A stretch of DNA of 64,000 nucleotides. It comes from Bispira polyomma. Its lineage: Eukaryota. The position numbers were made by a program, and so were the translations under genes. The stretch spans positions 48,980,001 to 49,044,000 of the forward strand of contig OZ287754.1 in the NCBI GenBank assembly GCA_965649765.1, written 5' to 3'. Position 1 is the first letter of the stretch; the number at the start of each line of letters is the position of its first letter. The notes under the pieces were generated by a model. The model saw nothing but the letters and a program-made list of their open reading frames with translations, searched no databases and had not been told where the DNA came from. Of the stretch, positions 1-13,172 are shown piece by piece.

Positions 1-1551
1 TATTTTATAAATTTATGGGTACACCGTGGTTGCTATTTTCATGTAATAAAATTTTTTATCTTTATTGAAATAAAATCAGTTCCCAATATTTGGCTCCTCA
101 TTTATTTCTTTTCCTTCTTCATTAATCCCTTTTTAACCTTGCCTACTTGGTTTCCCCTTTCAAACTTATTTATTTCTAGCTTCACCAAATTTACCTTAAT
201 TCTTAGTTAAACTTAGTTTTAATCTGTAATGATCTTCCTATCAAATGTCAGTTAATAAAACGAGTCACAATTTTTTTAAAAACGAAGTCAATTTCTAGTG
301 ATAGTAGTATTGTTAAACTGTATCTAACCGTAGATATCTGAATGGAAGGCAATCAAAGGCCCGAACTCAAATGTGTTTGACTGCTATGAATTAAAAGACG
401 TATACATTATTTTTAATAGACTGAAAAATGGTATTGACCATCATTTATGTTCTGGTCCCCTGAGGTTCGACTTGAAAGGGTTCAACTGTATGTATGTATA
501 TTTTCAAAAGAGTTCACACAATATTATCATGTACACCCCGCATTATATTGCCATATTATGGTTGGCCATTTTAGTTTGTCATCAGCATAACTAGCAATCT
601 TATAATACCTTCAAATCGTTTATGAAAAAAAAGTGTTGCATTAGTCATCACAGCATTGTATATTCAGGTGGCATGGACAAGCTCTAAGAACGGATTGCTC
701 AGTCCAGGTCGGATCCTAATGGCCCAAATAAACCTTCACTTCTGTATATATGATGAGGGTAAGGGTTGGTGTGTATTACTCTAGAGATACCAATGACCCA
801 TATAATGCCATTTTAGTAGCTTATTTGCCACTTAATTTAAAAAAACAACAACAAAGATACATAACCACAAAGATGGATTCCACACACATGCCATCTGGAA
901 GAGAGTTTCCGTTCATTGCATCATGTTACTGGTTCTCCCATCTCACTGGCTGCCTTGTGAGAAATATCTTTAGGTCTTATACATTAATATTGGAATTTTT
1001 CAAAGATTTCTATAAGGAATTACATCTATGCCATTGACACACAGCTCTATGGCTATTTGTCAAATTAAAATGCTTCCACTGTTTTGCAGGTATTATGGTG
1101 GCTAATAGAGGGTATCTACTCTCTTGTTCACCCTCACACAGGATGAACATTTCAAATGTCTGGGTTCCTAGCTAAGCATGAACTTATCAGTGCTAGACAT
1201 GACTTCTTTATAATCAGTTTTAAGCAAAAACTTAAGGTGTTGTGAGATTATTAGAATGTAACAGAGTCTGTAATACAGTAAAAAAAACTCGTTGTCGAGT
1301 TGCTCTAATGAATTGGTCTAATGATCAGCAGGTCTCGGGTACCGGTATCTTTCTTCAGTTAAGGGAATGGCAGTAACTGAGTTAACAGATGACTGTTACA
1401 GTTAGAGAAGAAGGGTTAATTAGCCTTCTGAAATACCAGATAATGGTAGATATATGCGAATACAAATCAATTAACTTATTCAAGGTGTTTTTAATTTTCT
1501 ACAAGATGGTAGTGTTTGTTTATCTACATAGGTGACTAAGTGCTGCCTTAA

Positions 1552-2430
1552 GGCTTTAGTAACGTAAACACCTAAACGAGCCGGGCATAAAGCATGCTAT
1601 TTTTACGAGAGTCATTTCTAGTCTGTATAACAACTATAAGGACATTAAAAGTATACTTTAGTACGGTTTTTAACCATTTTTATGTGTCCAAACTATTTAA
1701 AAGGGTAATACTATGCTACAAAACTGTAAAAAAAAACATATAACGATCCTTGTGTTGTGACGTCACACAATTTGAAAATCTATGTAGAACGTCATATTTA
1801 TAAACAAATCTCAGAGAGAGCCCTTTCTATTGTGACATAATACGAGTATTGATCCAGCATATATAAAGACATTATAGACGCTATACAACTGTAAAAAACA
1901 TGTATTTTATTTTGAATGAATTACATTTTTAAATAGGTTTCCCTATTTTATATAAACAAAGAATACAAAACATCTTTCTGTTTAGAAGAGTGTAAATTTA
2001 ATGTTTCTCTCAAATTTACAGTGTTTTTGTGCTTTTTTTGAAAAACGAATTCATTCAAAATGATGCTGATGTTTTACTTTTTCTATTAATGTATAACACT
2101 TCAGTATTGATCCCTTATTGGTATATCAATTGTGTCACGTTTGTGAGACATGTACTTTAAAAATATTACCCCATTTTAGTTACAATTTTACACACTGCAA
2201 TATGTATTGTATGTCTCAAAATACCTATTAAAATTATACGTAAAGTATATGAATTAGTATATTATTAAAATATATCTCATTATTTATTATATCTACTCAT
2301 GAAAATGTAAATATGTTATCCATATATCGAGTTTAAGGCCACAAAGAAAAAGTTGTGTAGTTTCTGAGAAGCTCGAGCACACATAACGTGGTTGTCGGCA
2401 ATCGTTTTATGTGTTTACGTCACTAAACCC
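1552..2430. mobile_element. Non-autonomous DNA transposon with TTAA target duplication and GG..CC termini (Kolobok-like)
   Basis: TTAA at 1548-1551 and 2431-2434. TIRs GGCTTTAGTAACGTAAACAC / GTGTTTACGTCACTAAACCC. An inverted copy lies at 59420-62887. Confidence 0.75.
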
Positions 2431-3004
2431 TTAATTAATTTTATTTCAATGGTTGGAAATTAATTAATAGCTACTTAGATTGATATTTAGCTCACAAGTC
2501 AGAACCTAATGGAAACCAAGTGGATTCTTTTTGTTGTAAAAATAAGCCAATTGGCTCATTTTTGTATTACTTACACAATGGAACACATAGTTTTGGGAGT
2601 TGTAGTTCTCTATTCGAGTGTGTAAATAAATAACAATAGTGTCCAGATCATAGTATTGGTCATGTTTTCTTGGCTAATATATTGACCCAGTGTCGTTGGT
2701 ACTATTATTTAGTTTTTGTGTGTATATTTCATATTGATAGTCTCTAATTTAAAATAATAATAAAAATTTAAAAAGTGTGTATAAAAGCTTATTGCTTAAT
2801 GCAAATGGGTATTTACCTTATAATTTAGCAACTGTTTTTGGGATTCAATATATTTTTGTTCAATAAGTTACCATTTGACAAGTTTCAGAGGTTTTAAGTT
2901 AACATACCTTTGAAAAGTCTATAACCTCAAGGGACCGAGAGTTATACATCTAATAAATACAGCAGGTTTTCAAAATCAGGGTAGAGTTCAAAAGAACTGC
3001 CTTA

Positions 3005-3690
3005 AGTGGCGGTTCCACATTGCCGATTTAGTGCCCGACCTTCCTGTTTTTGAGGTCCGGGGCGAGTTTGTATAGTTCGGGGGATGAAAATGGGGCGAAC
3101 CAGGTGATCAGCAAGGATATCCAACATGCTTGATATTTTGCAAAATCAGGCGGACTAGCTTCCCCGACCCCAAAAACGTATTGCAGAATAAGTCCGATTG
3201 GATTGTCATTACATTCTGTCTGATAGGTCTTATCTCACTCCAGACCTATCCTAATACTAGCATGTTCAATCTTATAGTTCGGGGAACGAAAACGGGCCAA
3301 ACAGGGTGGTGCAGAAGAATATCAAACCATTTTGTCAGTTATTTTGGCATAGCAGTCCCCACTTTGATTATTAGATGTTTGATTCTGAGAGACATGGGTA
3401 CTGATCTGTCAGATCCTATTGTCGATATGGTCTATCCTAGGGCGATACGTCAGATCCTATCGCCAATAAGTTTGATCCTAACCGGGTCAGGAAGGCCGGG
3501 GCAGTTTTAGTACAGACTTCAAGGTCAAACATGGTCGGTGTCCAGTCAAAACGGGACACAATCAGTTCGATCGGGAAGGTTGCCTCACACTTTCATTTTC
3601 TCGCCCAAAATATTAAATTTATTGGTTTTTTTGCCCCGATCTCAAAATCGGGCCTATTCTCCCGATTGTACTCGATAGTGAAACCATCAT
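3005..3690. mobile_element. Probable Harbinger-related non-autonomous element (MITE)
   Basis: CpG-richer block. Ends (CCACATTGCCGAT...; ATCGGGCCTATTCTCCCGATTGTACTCGATAGTG) resemble the ends of the Harbinger at 36.7-39.6 kb. Shares GACCTATC/GATCCTAT motifs with it. Confidence 0.45.
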
Positions 3691-4393
3691 TTTTGTGGAT
3701 GTACAGACATTTCTCCCTATAAAAGGGAAAGAGACTTAACATGTGTTTCACTATGTTACAATTTGGAAAAGTTTTGGTAACACATATAATTTTTAAAGTG
3801 ATTGACAACATAAAATAAACCTGATTGAAACAAAATATTGAATCAACATAAAGTCAACCTGGTAACAACATGAATTGACCTGAATTAAAAATTATTTCAA
3901 GATTTGGTCCCAGTTACAGTATAAAAAATATATTGTGTTAACTTTGCTCTTGACTCTACAGCTTAACAGTGGGAAGTTTTAAACATAAATTTAGCTTAAG
4001 ACCAAGTGATAAAAGAAATGTTTTGACACCACACTTGTCAAGTTATCTACCGTTAAATCTCACATGGCAACCATATTCAAGTTACAGGGAGCGGAAAGAA
4101 GGCATGAAGCTGGGCAAGGTAGGGTAGAAAAAGGGAGGATGGAACAGAGGGAGAAAGTAAAGAAATAAGAGAGAATGGTTCATGGAAAAAGGGGTCAGAG
4201 AGTTATGGATCAAAGGCCAAAAATTACAAACAGGGAAACAGAGAGTCAGGAAGGAAAAAAAAGGGAAGGAAGCCTACAAATTATATTGCTTGCATCAGAC
4301 TTTCTTCAACCTTCCATGCCAAAGTAATACAGCAATTGAAACTTAACAAACTGTTTATATATTACATTGAAGTAATTAAGTTTTTGGTGGCTA

Positions 4394-4976
4394 CACCCGT
4401 GGACATTGATTGGAACAATTTTTTTTGGTTTTTCTCAATATTTTATTATTTAGAACTACAATTTTTTTGGTATTTGTACTTTATACAATAGGTTACATGA
4501 CAGCACATTTAATAAATAATAGAAAAGTTCCAAATTATTTGATGACTATTCTAGAAATGAAATAGTTTATTCAAATATTTAAAATTAAAGTGGACATTAA
4601 TTGGAACACTTTGCTCGTTTTTTTTACTATGTGTCAAAATTATAACAAATTTTTTTTCCAATACAATTATTATAAACTAAATAACAGGTGATGTAGCATA
4701 ATTTGCTAAAAATTGTGACTGTGAATCTAAAAAAAAATCAGCCCCAAAACAAATACGTATCCATATTGTCATATTTTGGGTTAACAATGAATAAAATTGC
4801 TTTTTAATATATCTTCTTGTTTCATATGGGCTGAGTTTTTGGATATAATTATTAACGGTTGTTTCAAAATATATGCTGGCAAAATTTTATTTTATATTTG
4901 TTTTGTTTAAGCCATAACCTTTATTTAATGTATTATCGTTCCAATTAATGTCCGTTCCAATCAATGTCCACGGGTG
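4394..4976. mobile_element. Tc1/mariner-type MITE
   Basis: Perfect 23-bp TIR CACCCGTGGACATTGATTGGAAC. TA on both sides (4392-4393, 4977-4978). Inner copies of the TIR core at ~4590 and ~4938. Confidence 0.85.
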
Positions 4977-5118
4977 TACAGTATGAATAATTTACTTGCC
5001 ATGTAATTTTAGACTAAGGTCAGCTAATACAATTATTTTAATGAGAGTTAGTGGTATAATTTTAACATGGACATACATCACAATCAATCCAATTACAAGT
5101 TCATATTGTGTTCCTACT

Positions 5119-5272
5119 ATATTCCTTTGATGCTTCAAACTATAATGCACCTTTCAATTTTGGTTACTTGAACTGATTTTCAGAAGATACAACAGATATT
5201 CCTTTGATGCTTCAGACTACAATGTACTTCTCAATTTTAGTTTCTTGAACTGATTTTCAGAAGATACAACAG
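5119..5272. repeat. Tandem duplication of a ~77-bp unit
   Basis: ATATTCCTTTGATGCTTCA...TTTTCAGAAGATACAACAG occurs twice (starts 5119 and 5196). Confidence 0.8.
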
Positions 5273-5513
5273 GAGAAAATGAAGGAATGCATGATTAAAA
5301 AAAATATCTAAAGCACAAAACAACTAAATTATTCAGACATAAACAACCATAAGTTAACTACTGCGGTATATGACTTAAACAGTTTCTCAACTTCAAATGT
5401 ATGCGCTGTTTTGGTAAGTGAGGGTAAAGGTGGAAGGGTAAAGAAGTTTTGCTAATCGAGATTGGATTGTTGATTCTTTTTTTTTTTTGCTTTGAAAAAG
5501 AAAAATAGATAAA

Positions 5514-6881
5514 GTGAATGATTTTATTAATGGTGCTTTGAGTAGTCTGAATGGAATGACAACCTCAGAGGAGTATCACAGAGCAAAGGACAATTTGAGA
5601 CATTGTGTAAATACTAGTGATATTTTGAGAGACTTGTTGGAGGATGTAAACGCATCGACTGAAAAGGTTTTTACAGTTAAAGTTCAATTTCCGCCAAGTG
5701 GCAAACCTTACCTATGTGATGCAGTGATGGAATCCCTGGTTGGGATTGGGTTGGATGTGAATCATTTGGTGTCAGTTGGGCCATTGAATGACAACTGCAA
5801 GTGGCTGATTTCGCTATCAACCAAGGAAGCTGTGTTACATGCACTGAGAAGCACACCCCAAATAAAAAGCTATGAAGGTAGAGTTATCTCCTTGACTTCG
5901 AATGTAGTGCATGTCTGGGTACACTGGTTGCCACCTTTTGTACCAATGGCATCTTTGCTGGCCTTCCTGTCACGATTTGGTGCAGTTTATTCTATGAAGT
6001 GGGATCATTTAAAAGTTAAAGGGTATGAACATGTTAGGTCATCAGTCAGGAACATTGTGATGGAGGTTAAGCCAGGGACTGAGCTGCCATCACTTAATAC
6101 GATGTATTTTGATAAGGAGCAGTTGAAATTTCTGATTACTGTGCCAGGCCGTGGACCAGTGTGTTTTAGATGTAGCAAGATCGGTCACACGAGACAGACG
6201 TGTACTACATCTTACTGTAGACATTGTGCCAAATATGATATGCATACCTCGGAGGAATGTATAGTATCTAACACTTACGCTAGAACTGTCGCCGCTACGG
6301 GCCCTTCGAAGGAGGATCAGATGGTTACTGATGAACCAGAAGTTGATCTTCAAGTAGAAGTGACATCCAGTGCTGAAGACGGGTCTGAGGTGGTTAATCC
6401 TAGTCTTGTTTCTGTTGGTGGTGCTGAACCTTTAACGGGTGCTGATACTGTGGCGGGTGCTGATCCTGGGAAAGATACTGATGCTGTGACTGGACCTGTG
6501 GCTGGTGCTGACTCAGTGGTGGTTTCTGTGGAGGGTGATGCAGGGATATCAGGAGCAGCAGTAGTTTCTGGTACTTCAAAGGAAGAGGAATTGCAGTGTA
6601 CTAAGGACAGTAAAGATGGTAAAGACGGTAAAATTGATTGGAGTCAGGAGGGGGACAAAGCTATTCAAAAGGTTTCACTGTCTGACAGCATAAAGCTGGA
6701 CATTAGTTCGGATACCCTCATCATTGATGAGCGGGACAGCAGTGGGGCTAGCCCTCCTGAGGACTCGGAGTTTCAAGCAGTTAAAAGAAAGAAGGTGATG
6801 ACAAGATTGAAGAAGGAGAAAAGAGAGAAAGAACGGGACCAAAAACTAAAGGGTAAGGGAAACAGAAAAGACAAAAAGTAA
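5514..6881 (+). CDS. Tx1/L1-clade retrotransposon ORF1, gag-like zinc-knuckle protein (ZCCHC3-like)
   Basis: Uninterrupted 455-aa ORF. RRM-like region (VHVWVHWLPPFVP...FGAV), CCHC knuckles CFRCSKIGHTRQTC and CRHCAKYDMHTSEEC, acidic linker and Lys/Arg-rich tail. Lies directly upstream of an APE-RT ORF2. True start uncertain. Confidence 0.85.
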   Translation: MNDFINGALSSLNGMTTSEEYHRAKDNLRHCVNTSDILRDLLEDVNASTEKVFTVKVQFPPSGKPYLCDAVMESLVGIGLDVNHLVSVGPLNDNCKWLISLSTKEAVLHALRSTPQIKSYEGRVISLTSNVVHVWVHWLPPFVPMASLLAFLSRFGAVYSMKWDHLKVKGYEHVRSSVRNIVMEVKPGTELPSLNTMYFDKEQLKFLITVPGRGPVCFRCSKIGHTRQTCTTSYCRHCAKYDMHTSEECIVSNTYARTVAATGPSKEDQMVTDEPEVDLQVEVTSSAEDGSEVVNPSLVSVGGAEPLTGADTVAGADPGKDTDAVTGPVAGADSVVVSVEGDAGISGAAVVSGTSKEEELQCTKDSKDGKDGKIDWSQEGDKAIQKVSLSDSIKLDISSDTLIIDERDSSGASPPEDSEFQAVKRKKVMTRLKKEKREKERDQKLKGKGNRKDKK

Positions 6882-7185
6882 ATTTAAATATGATTTTTGA
6901 GAACTTTGACTTTGTTTTTGGCTATGGACTTTGATTTTGTTTGTAATTTATGTTATAATTTTCTTTCTTTTTGTTTGTATTTTGATTAGTTTTGTACTTT
7001 GGATATATTGGATGTTTAATTTTTCTTTGGCTATATTGTATTGGTTTATATTGTGGATATTGTGTATTTTCTTTCTTTGGTTTAGGATATGTTTATTTGA
7101 GTTTTTTTTAGTATGGAAAACCAGGTTTTGTGCACATTTTGGCACAATATATATATATCTTTAAGTTTGTAATACATGAAATATA

Positions 7186-10100
7186 ATGTCTGTAAATAAT
7201 ACTTTTAATATTGCCACTTTAAATGTGAGACGTTTTAGGGATTATAATAAGCGAGACAGGAGACACATTGTTTTAATATTAAAGATGCACAAAGTTGGGG
7301 TAAACAATATAAGGGAAAAGCTTGAAACAAAGCATTCTTGTGGGGTTGGTATTTTGCTCAGCCCTTTGTTAAAATTTAAGGTTGTAAATTTTCAGTTTGA
7401 TTTTCAAGGTAGGTTTTTGGTTTTAGATGTGGATATTGATAATACAGAATTTAGATTTAGTAATATTTATGCACCAAATAATCCTGGAGAAAGAAAACTT
7501 TTTATTTCTGGCTTATCAAAATTTTTAATTTCAAAAAGAACTATTATTTTGGGATTGGATTTTAATTTTGTTGAAGATTTAAGTTTAGATAAAAAGGGTG
7601 GAAACTTGAAGTCTGGTGATGTGGGTGCTTTAGAAATTAATCATTTGAAAAGTGACTTTGGCCTTTTAGATCCATTCAGGCATAAAAACCATTCATTAAG
7701 ACAGTTTACATGGGAGGCGGGTAATGGGCATGACAAAATTCAATGTAGGCTTGATAGATTTTATGTGTCAAAAAGAACTGCTACCCAAATTTCTACTATC
7801 AAGCATTACCCTGTTTTATCCAATATTAGTGACCATTGTGTTGTTAATATGGGTTTTCAAAATTTGTCGTTTGTTGAAAAGTTAGGGCCTGGCTTTTGGA
7901 AATGTAATGTTAATACTTTAATAGACCATGACTTCATGTTAGATTTAAAAGCTTTGTGGGATAGGGAGTTACAAAATGTACCAGTTATTTCTCCCTGTAT
8001 GTGGGATTCTTTTAAAAGTAAATGTAGGAAATTAATTCAAAATCATTCTAAAAGACTTCATTTGGTTACAAAATTAAAGTACAGGGAATTACAAAAACAG
8101 TATTTTAAATATAAGAATTTAGAAGAATTAACTCCAGGGTTATATAAAAATGATATTCAAAAATATGAGATGCAAATTAATAGCCTTTTGGATAAGAGTC
8201 TTGAAGGGTCAAAAATTAGATAAAAAATTAAGCATTTGGATTATGATGAGAAACCTTCAAATATTTTTTGAATAAAGAAAAGAAAAGAGCTGATCGAAAA
8301 ATTATTGAAAAGTTAGAAATTGGGGATGGGAAATTTGTACAAAATAAAGATGATATTTTAAAACATGTAGGGCAATTTTATGAGCAACTTTTTAATAAAA
8401 CAGAAATAGATCAGAATTTAGTAGATTACTTTTTTAAAGATTTGGCTCTTTTAACTAATGAATAAGCAAAGTTATGTGAAGGTCACTTAACTAAAAAGGA
8501 GTGCTATAGGGCAGTTGTAGGTATGAAAAATGATAAATCTCCAGGTATTGATGGTTTGCCAAAAGAATTTTATCAGTTAAATTGGGATCTTTTAGGGGAT
8601 AGTTTTGTAAATATGGCCAATACCTGTTTTAGGGAGGGTATTCTTTCGGATACACAAAAACTTGGGGTTATTACTTTGATTTGTAAAGATAATGAGAAAG
8701 CACATCTTCTTAATTATTGGCGTCGCATCTCTTTGCTATGTTGTGATTATAAAATAATAAGTAAACGTATTACAAATAGGATTAAAAAAGTAATGGGTTT
8801 TTTAGTAAACATTGACCAAACATCCGCTGTAGTTGGGAGATCTATTCAGGACAACATTCATTTATTGAGAAATATTATTGATTATAATAGTCAAAAGGGG
8901 TTAAAGTGCATTGTTTTGTCACTGGATCAGTCCAAAGCTTTTGACCGTGTAAATCATGATTTTATGTTTCAATTATTAGAAAGATATGGGTTTAGGCAAG
9001 AATTGATAACATGGGTGTCAATTTTGTATTGTAATATTAAAAGCACAGTTTTTGTCAATGGTTACTTTACCAATGTGTTTCCTGTATTAAGGAGTGTGAG
9101 ACAAGGTTGTAGCCTGTCTCCACTCCTCTATGTATTATGTATAGAACCATTTGCTACAGTTATTAGGGGGGATCCGCATATTAAAGGTTTTAAACTTCCT
9201 GGTTCCAACATTGAATGTCGAATTTCGCAATATGTGGATGATTGTACTTTTACTGTTTTGGATACAATTTCGGTTTTAAAATTCTCAATATTTGTGAGAT
9301 TTATGGGTTAGCTTCCGGATCAAAATTAAATAAAGGAAAGTCATGGGGTGTTTGGATTGGAAATTGGGGTACTCAAAGTGAAAATTTATATGGCATTAAG
9401 TGGACCAATGGTTCTATTAAAATTTGTGGAGTGAAATTAGGAAACGGGGATTATGTTTTAGATACATGGGATGGGGTGTGGACAAAATTTCAAAAAGTAT
9501 TAAATTTGAATAGAATTAGAAATTTGAGATTAAGGGGCAGAGGTGTATTATTGAATTCCTTAGCTTTGAGTAAAATTTGGTATTGTGGATCTGGTTTTCC
9601 TCTAAATTCATTTTCTTTGAATAAGTTTAAATCTGAAATGTTTTCTTTTGTATGGGGGAATAAAACTGAATTTTTAAAAAGGGAAGTTTTGTATCTGAAT
9701 TATGGAGAAGGGGGAATTAATTTAGTGAATATTGAATTAAAGATTAAGGCCTTCTTTATAGTACACCTTTGTGATTTTATATACGGAGAGTATAGGAAAT
9801 GAAAAGATTTGGCATTATATTGGCTCAAGTTGGATTTGAGGAAATATTTGTCTCCTAATTTCACTCATAATAATATACCTTATAGTCTCTCAAAACCTCT
9901 CTTTTATTTGAAGGCAATGTCTGGCCTGAAAGATATATTAAAAATTGATCCTGATTTAGATCTAAAAAATTTAACTGTTAAAAAAGTTTATAGTATTTTA
10001 AATAAAAAAGTTTTAATTATTCCAAGAATAATAGGTGTTTATCCTAATTATAAATTTTCCGGATGCTTTTTCAAATTTAAATTGCCCTTTGATGTCACCT

Positions 10101-10614
10101 GAAAGTAGGGATGTGACCTTCCGGATATTGCATCACATATTACCCGTAAATGATTACTTGTACAGATTGAATAAGATAGTTAAAAGCCCAAACTGTACAT
10201 TTTGTAATATAGCTGCAGAAAGTTGTCTCATTTATTTTATTATTGTCGGGTTGCTCATCCACTTTGGGTTTATGTTTCTGAATTACTATCCAAGGTTTCT
10301 TTATGTACAGTTAAGATTACACCAAAAGATATTATTTTAAAAACTTTTTCAAAAGCTAAATTTAAAATTCTTAATGATTTATTTAATATATTAATTGCTG
10401 AGGGGAGGTTGGTTATTTGGTATTCTAGAAATTTACATAAGTTTGAGGAAAAGTATATTAATTCAAATTATTTAAAATGAAAATTTATTGAAAATGTTAA
10501 AGTTAGGATTCAATCGGATTTTCGAAGATTAACTAGGGTAAAATTAAAAAAAATATGGGCATATAATAATATTTTGTGTACAGTTGTAGATAATAAGTTG
10601 GTAGTCTTAATTTG
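7186..10614 (+). pseudogene. Tx1/L1-clade ORF2 (APE endonuclease, reverse transcriptase, zinc-binding domain), disrupted
   Basis: Motifs IATLNV, NIYAPN, RLDRFY, SDH, GFWKCN, KSPGIDGLPKEFY, LDQSKAFDRV, VRQGCSLSPLLY, QYVDD, GEGGINL and CTFC..E..HLFYYC, spread over ORF fragments 7186-8223, 8268-8465, 8523-9311, 9242-9802, 9809-10102, 10035-10340 and 10223-10480 (several stops and frameshifts). Confidence 0.92.
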
Positions 10615-10944
10615 AGGTTTTTAAAGTGGCGATATTCATCGTTTTGTAACCATAATTAGTGAGTGGTGTTTTTTATTATATGTCCTTTTGTTTGGGCACA
10701 TGCATGGCTATTGTTTTTGTATGGAAACATTATTTTTCTTTTGTGTTTGGTTTCCTTTTTGATAGACTATATATATATATATGGCTTTGATCCGGATTGT
10801 TTTTTGTTCCTTTAAATGTTGCTCCTTAATGTATTGTCTGTAATTTAATTTTTGATGCAAATTATTTTTGGTCACTTTTAATTATTCAAACCTGGGCCAC
10901 CATAATTGGTTTTTTTGCTAGTCTTTAAATGGCCAAAATCGGTA

Positions 10945-11310
10945 AGCCCCAGGCCTCTCTCTCAATCCCCACTCCCTCTCATTCTCCATTCTCTCTCTCA
11001 ATTCCACCCCCTCCTTACCCTCTTTTCTCTGTATCAGTCCTCCGGCCCCTTCGTAATAACCACCTTTTTCTCCGTTTTTTCTCTCCTTACTCTCTCTCAA
11101 TCCACACCCCCTCTTACCCTCTTTTCTCTCTCCCATGCACTTCTTCCCTTATTACCCTCCTTTCTCTCTCACACTCCTCCCCCTCATACCCTCCTTTCTC
11201 ACTCTCACCCACTACCATCTTCTATGTCCCCCCCCCTCCCCTTACCCCCTCTTACTTCCCCCCCTTTTACCTACTTTCTCTCTGTCAGTCTCCCCCTTCT
11301 TCTCACTACA
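10945..11310. repeat. C/T-rich low-complexity (polypyrimidine) tract
   Basis: Almost purely C/T with short internal repeats (CCCCTCCTTACCCTCTTTTCTCT). Confidence 0.8.
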
Positions 11311-13086
11311 ATGATGTCATTTGGATGTAATCAATGCATCATAATGACATCACTGTAAAGTTCTGACATCATTTTTACTCTGTGATATCACTGCTGCGAT
11401 TACCTACATAATTAACAATTAATTACATTTTGTGAAAATATGATCCTTTTAAAAACAGGTAAAAGTATATTAATTTTCATCTGTTATATTTTCCCATATT
11501 TGTAATATTTAATTATTAGGCCCTTAAGAAAATTTATGCTAAAAAAATATTGCTGCAGTTTTTCCTAGGTCAATCACTATTTTGACTTGACTAATTTATC
11601 CCCTCTGTTTAAATGACACCTAACAGTTATGCTTATATATTTCTGTCTTATATCTCATTGATTTTACGATTTTTTACAATGGCATAAATATGTGTACAGT
11701 CATGTACTCTCTTTGAAAATAGTGGGCACTTTTTTGAATAGAAAAATCACCAGATATAATTAAAAAACACTGTATGATACATTGCAAACTAATTATTTAT
11801 TAATATATGCACTAGTGAAAACCGTTTTATTGCAAATGACATGGAACTTTTTAAAAAATTTAAATATCTATTTTTTAGTACGTAGATAATGATGCTGCAT
11901 CAATAGGACCTTATAGCTCTCCTTGGTTTTATGCCCTTATGGGTCGCCTTGATTTTATGCACTAATCACGTTATTTTATTTCGATAAATGGAGAGAGCTT
12001 TTAAAATTATGAACAATGATTCATCGTTTAAGTGACACTTTAAGTGACATTCAAAATGGTTTTGGACAGAACCTAGCATTGCTTATCTTTAATTTGGTAT
12101 TTACAGAATTTCATGTCCTAATAAAACTTTACCCTCCCAATACGTTTAAGATAAAAGAGGTCTCTACTTTTCTAGTTTCCTTATGTCTCTGGATACAATC
12201 ACCCAGTATTCATTAGGTGTTCTATAAAAATGTAGTGGGAAAAAATCAGGAAAACCAATGTACAATAACTGAGACATTCATCATATATTGGTCCTATTCC
12301 CAGTGGCAGGCTAAATATCATCGGAGACGTTGATAAATGGTTATCCTTAAGCTTCTCTCTTCAGTTAGGAGAATGACAGCAGCTGATGGAGTTGACTGTT
12401 ACAGTCAGAAAAGGGTTAATTAGTCCTCTGAATACCAGATGAACGTAGGTACCTTAGAATTTGCTTTTAAGAAACAAAAAAAAATCTGATTATAATAATA
12501 ATGAGCCAATCAAAGATTGTCATAATCCCCTGCCGTTGTGTGTTTAAATGCTTTACTTGTGTAGTGGTGTATTGAATAGGTTGAACAATTTTGGACTTTT
12601 GAAAGCGAATGAACTTTATAATTTCAATTTGTGGCATACAGTACCCTTGTGCCACGAACATTTGTTACTTTTAAACATTTTGTTTGTGGGCTTATTTTAC
12701 CATTAATAATACATTCTTTGATAAAAATTCAAGTTTGCATATTAATCAAGACATGTTAAAATATTATTACCATGTGTAAATGATGCAGAAGATATTTAAT
12801 CAATGAAAGTAAATAAATATTGAATTTGACTAGGCCCATCAATAGATTCGTATATACGAATGTTGAATGGCCAAAAGCCGGAGAACATTGGTATATCTAC
12901 CTAAATCTAATATGTCAGAGTTCTTTATGTGACCTTAAATATTGTTACAACATTTTACTTGGATCCATTATAAAGCATCTTTTAAAGTCCTACTGATGAG
13001 TTTTTCTGGTGTTTCAGTAAGAGAATGTCAATGCATGCAACTTTTTTGTTTACTGTTTAAGAAAACGGCAAATGACACCACTGTCA

Positions 13087-13088
<2 letters not shown>

Positions 13089-13170
<82 letters not shown>
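13089..13170. repeat. (AT)n microsatellite
   Basis: About 41 perfect AT units. Confidence 0.97.

Positions 13171-13172
<2 letters not shown>

Larger units (their letters stand above)
5400..10880 (+). mobile_element. Near full-length Tx1-like non-LTR retrotransposon
   Basis: ORF1, T-rich spacer, ORF2 and T-rich 3' UTR. Boundaries approximate; no TSD identified. Confidence 0.85.

Noticed and set aside
6931-7164. Hydrophobic 77-aa ORF between ORF1 and ORF2
   Set aside because: A T-rich inter-ORF spacer gives spurious Phe/Ile/Leu-rich peptides; non-ATG start.
10906-11358. ORFs of 150, 133 and 72 aa
   Set aside because: Artefacts of a stop-poor C/T low-complexity tract.
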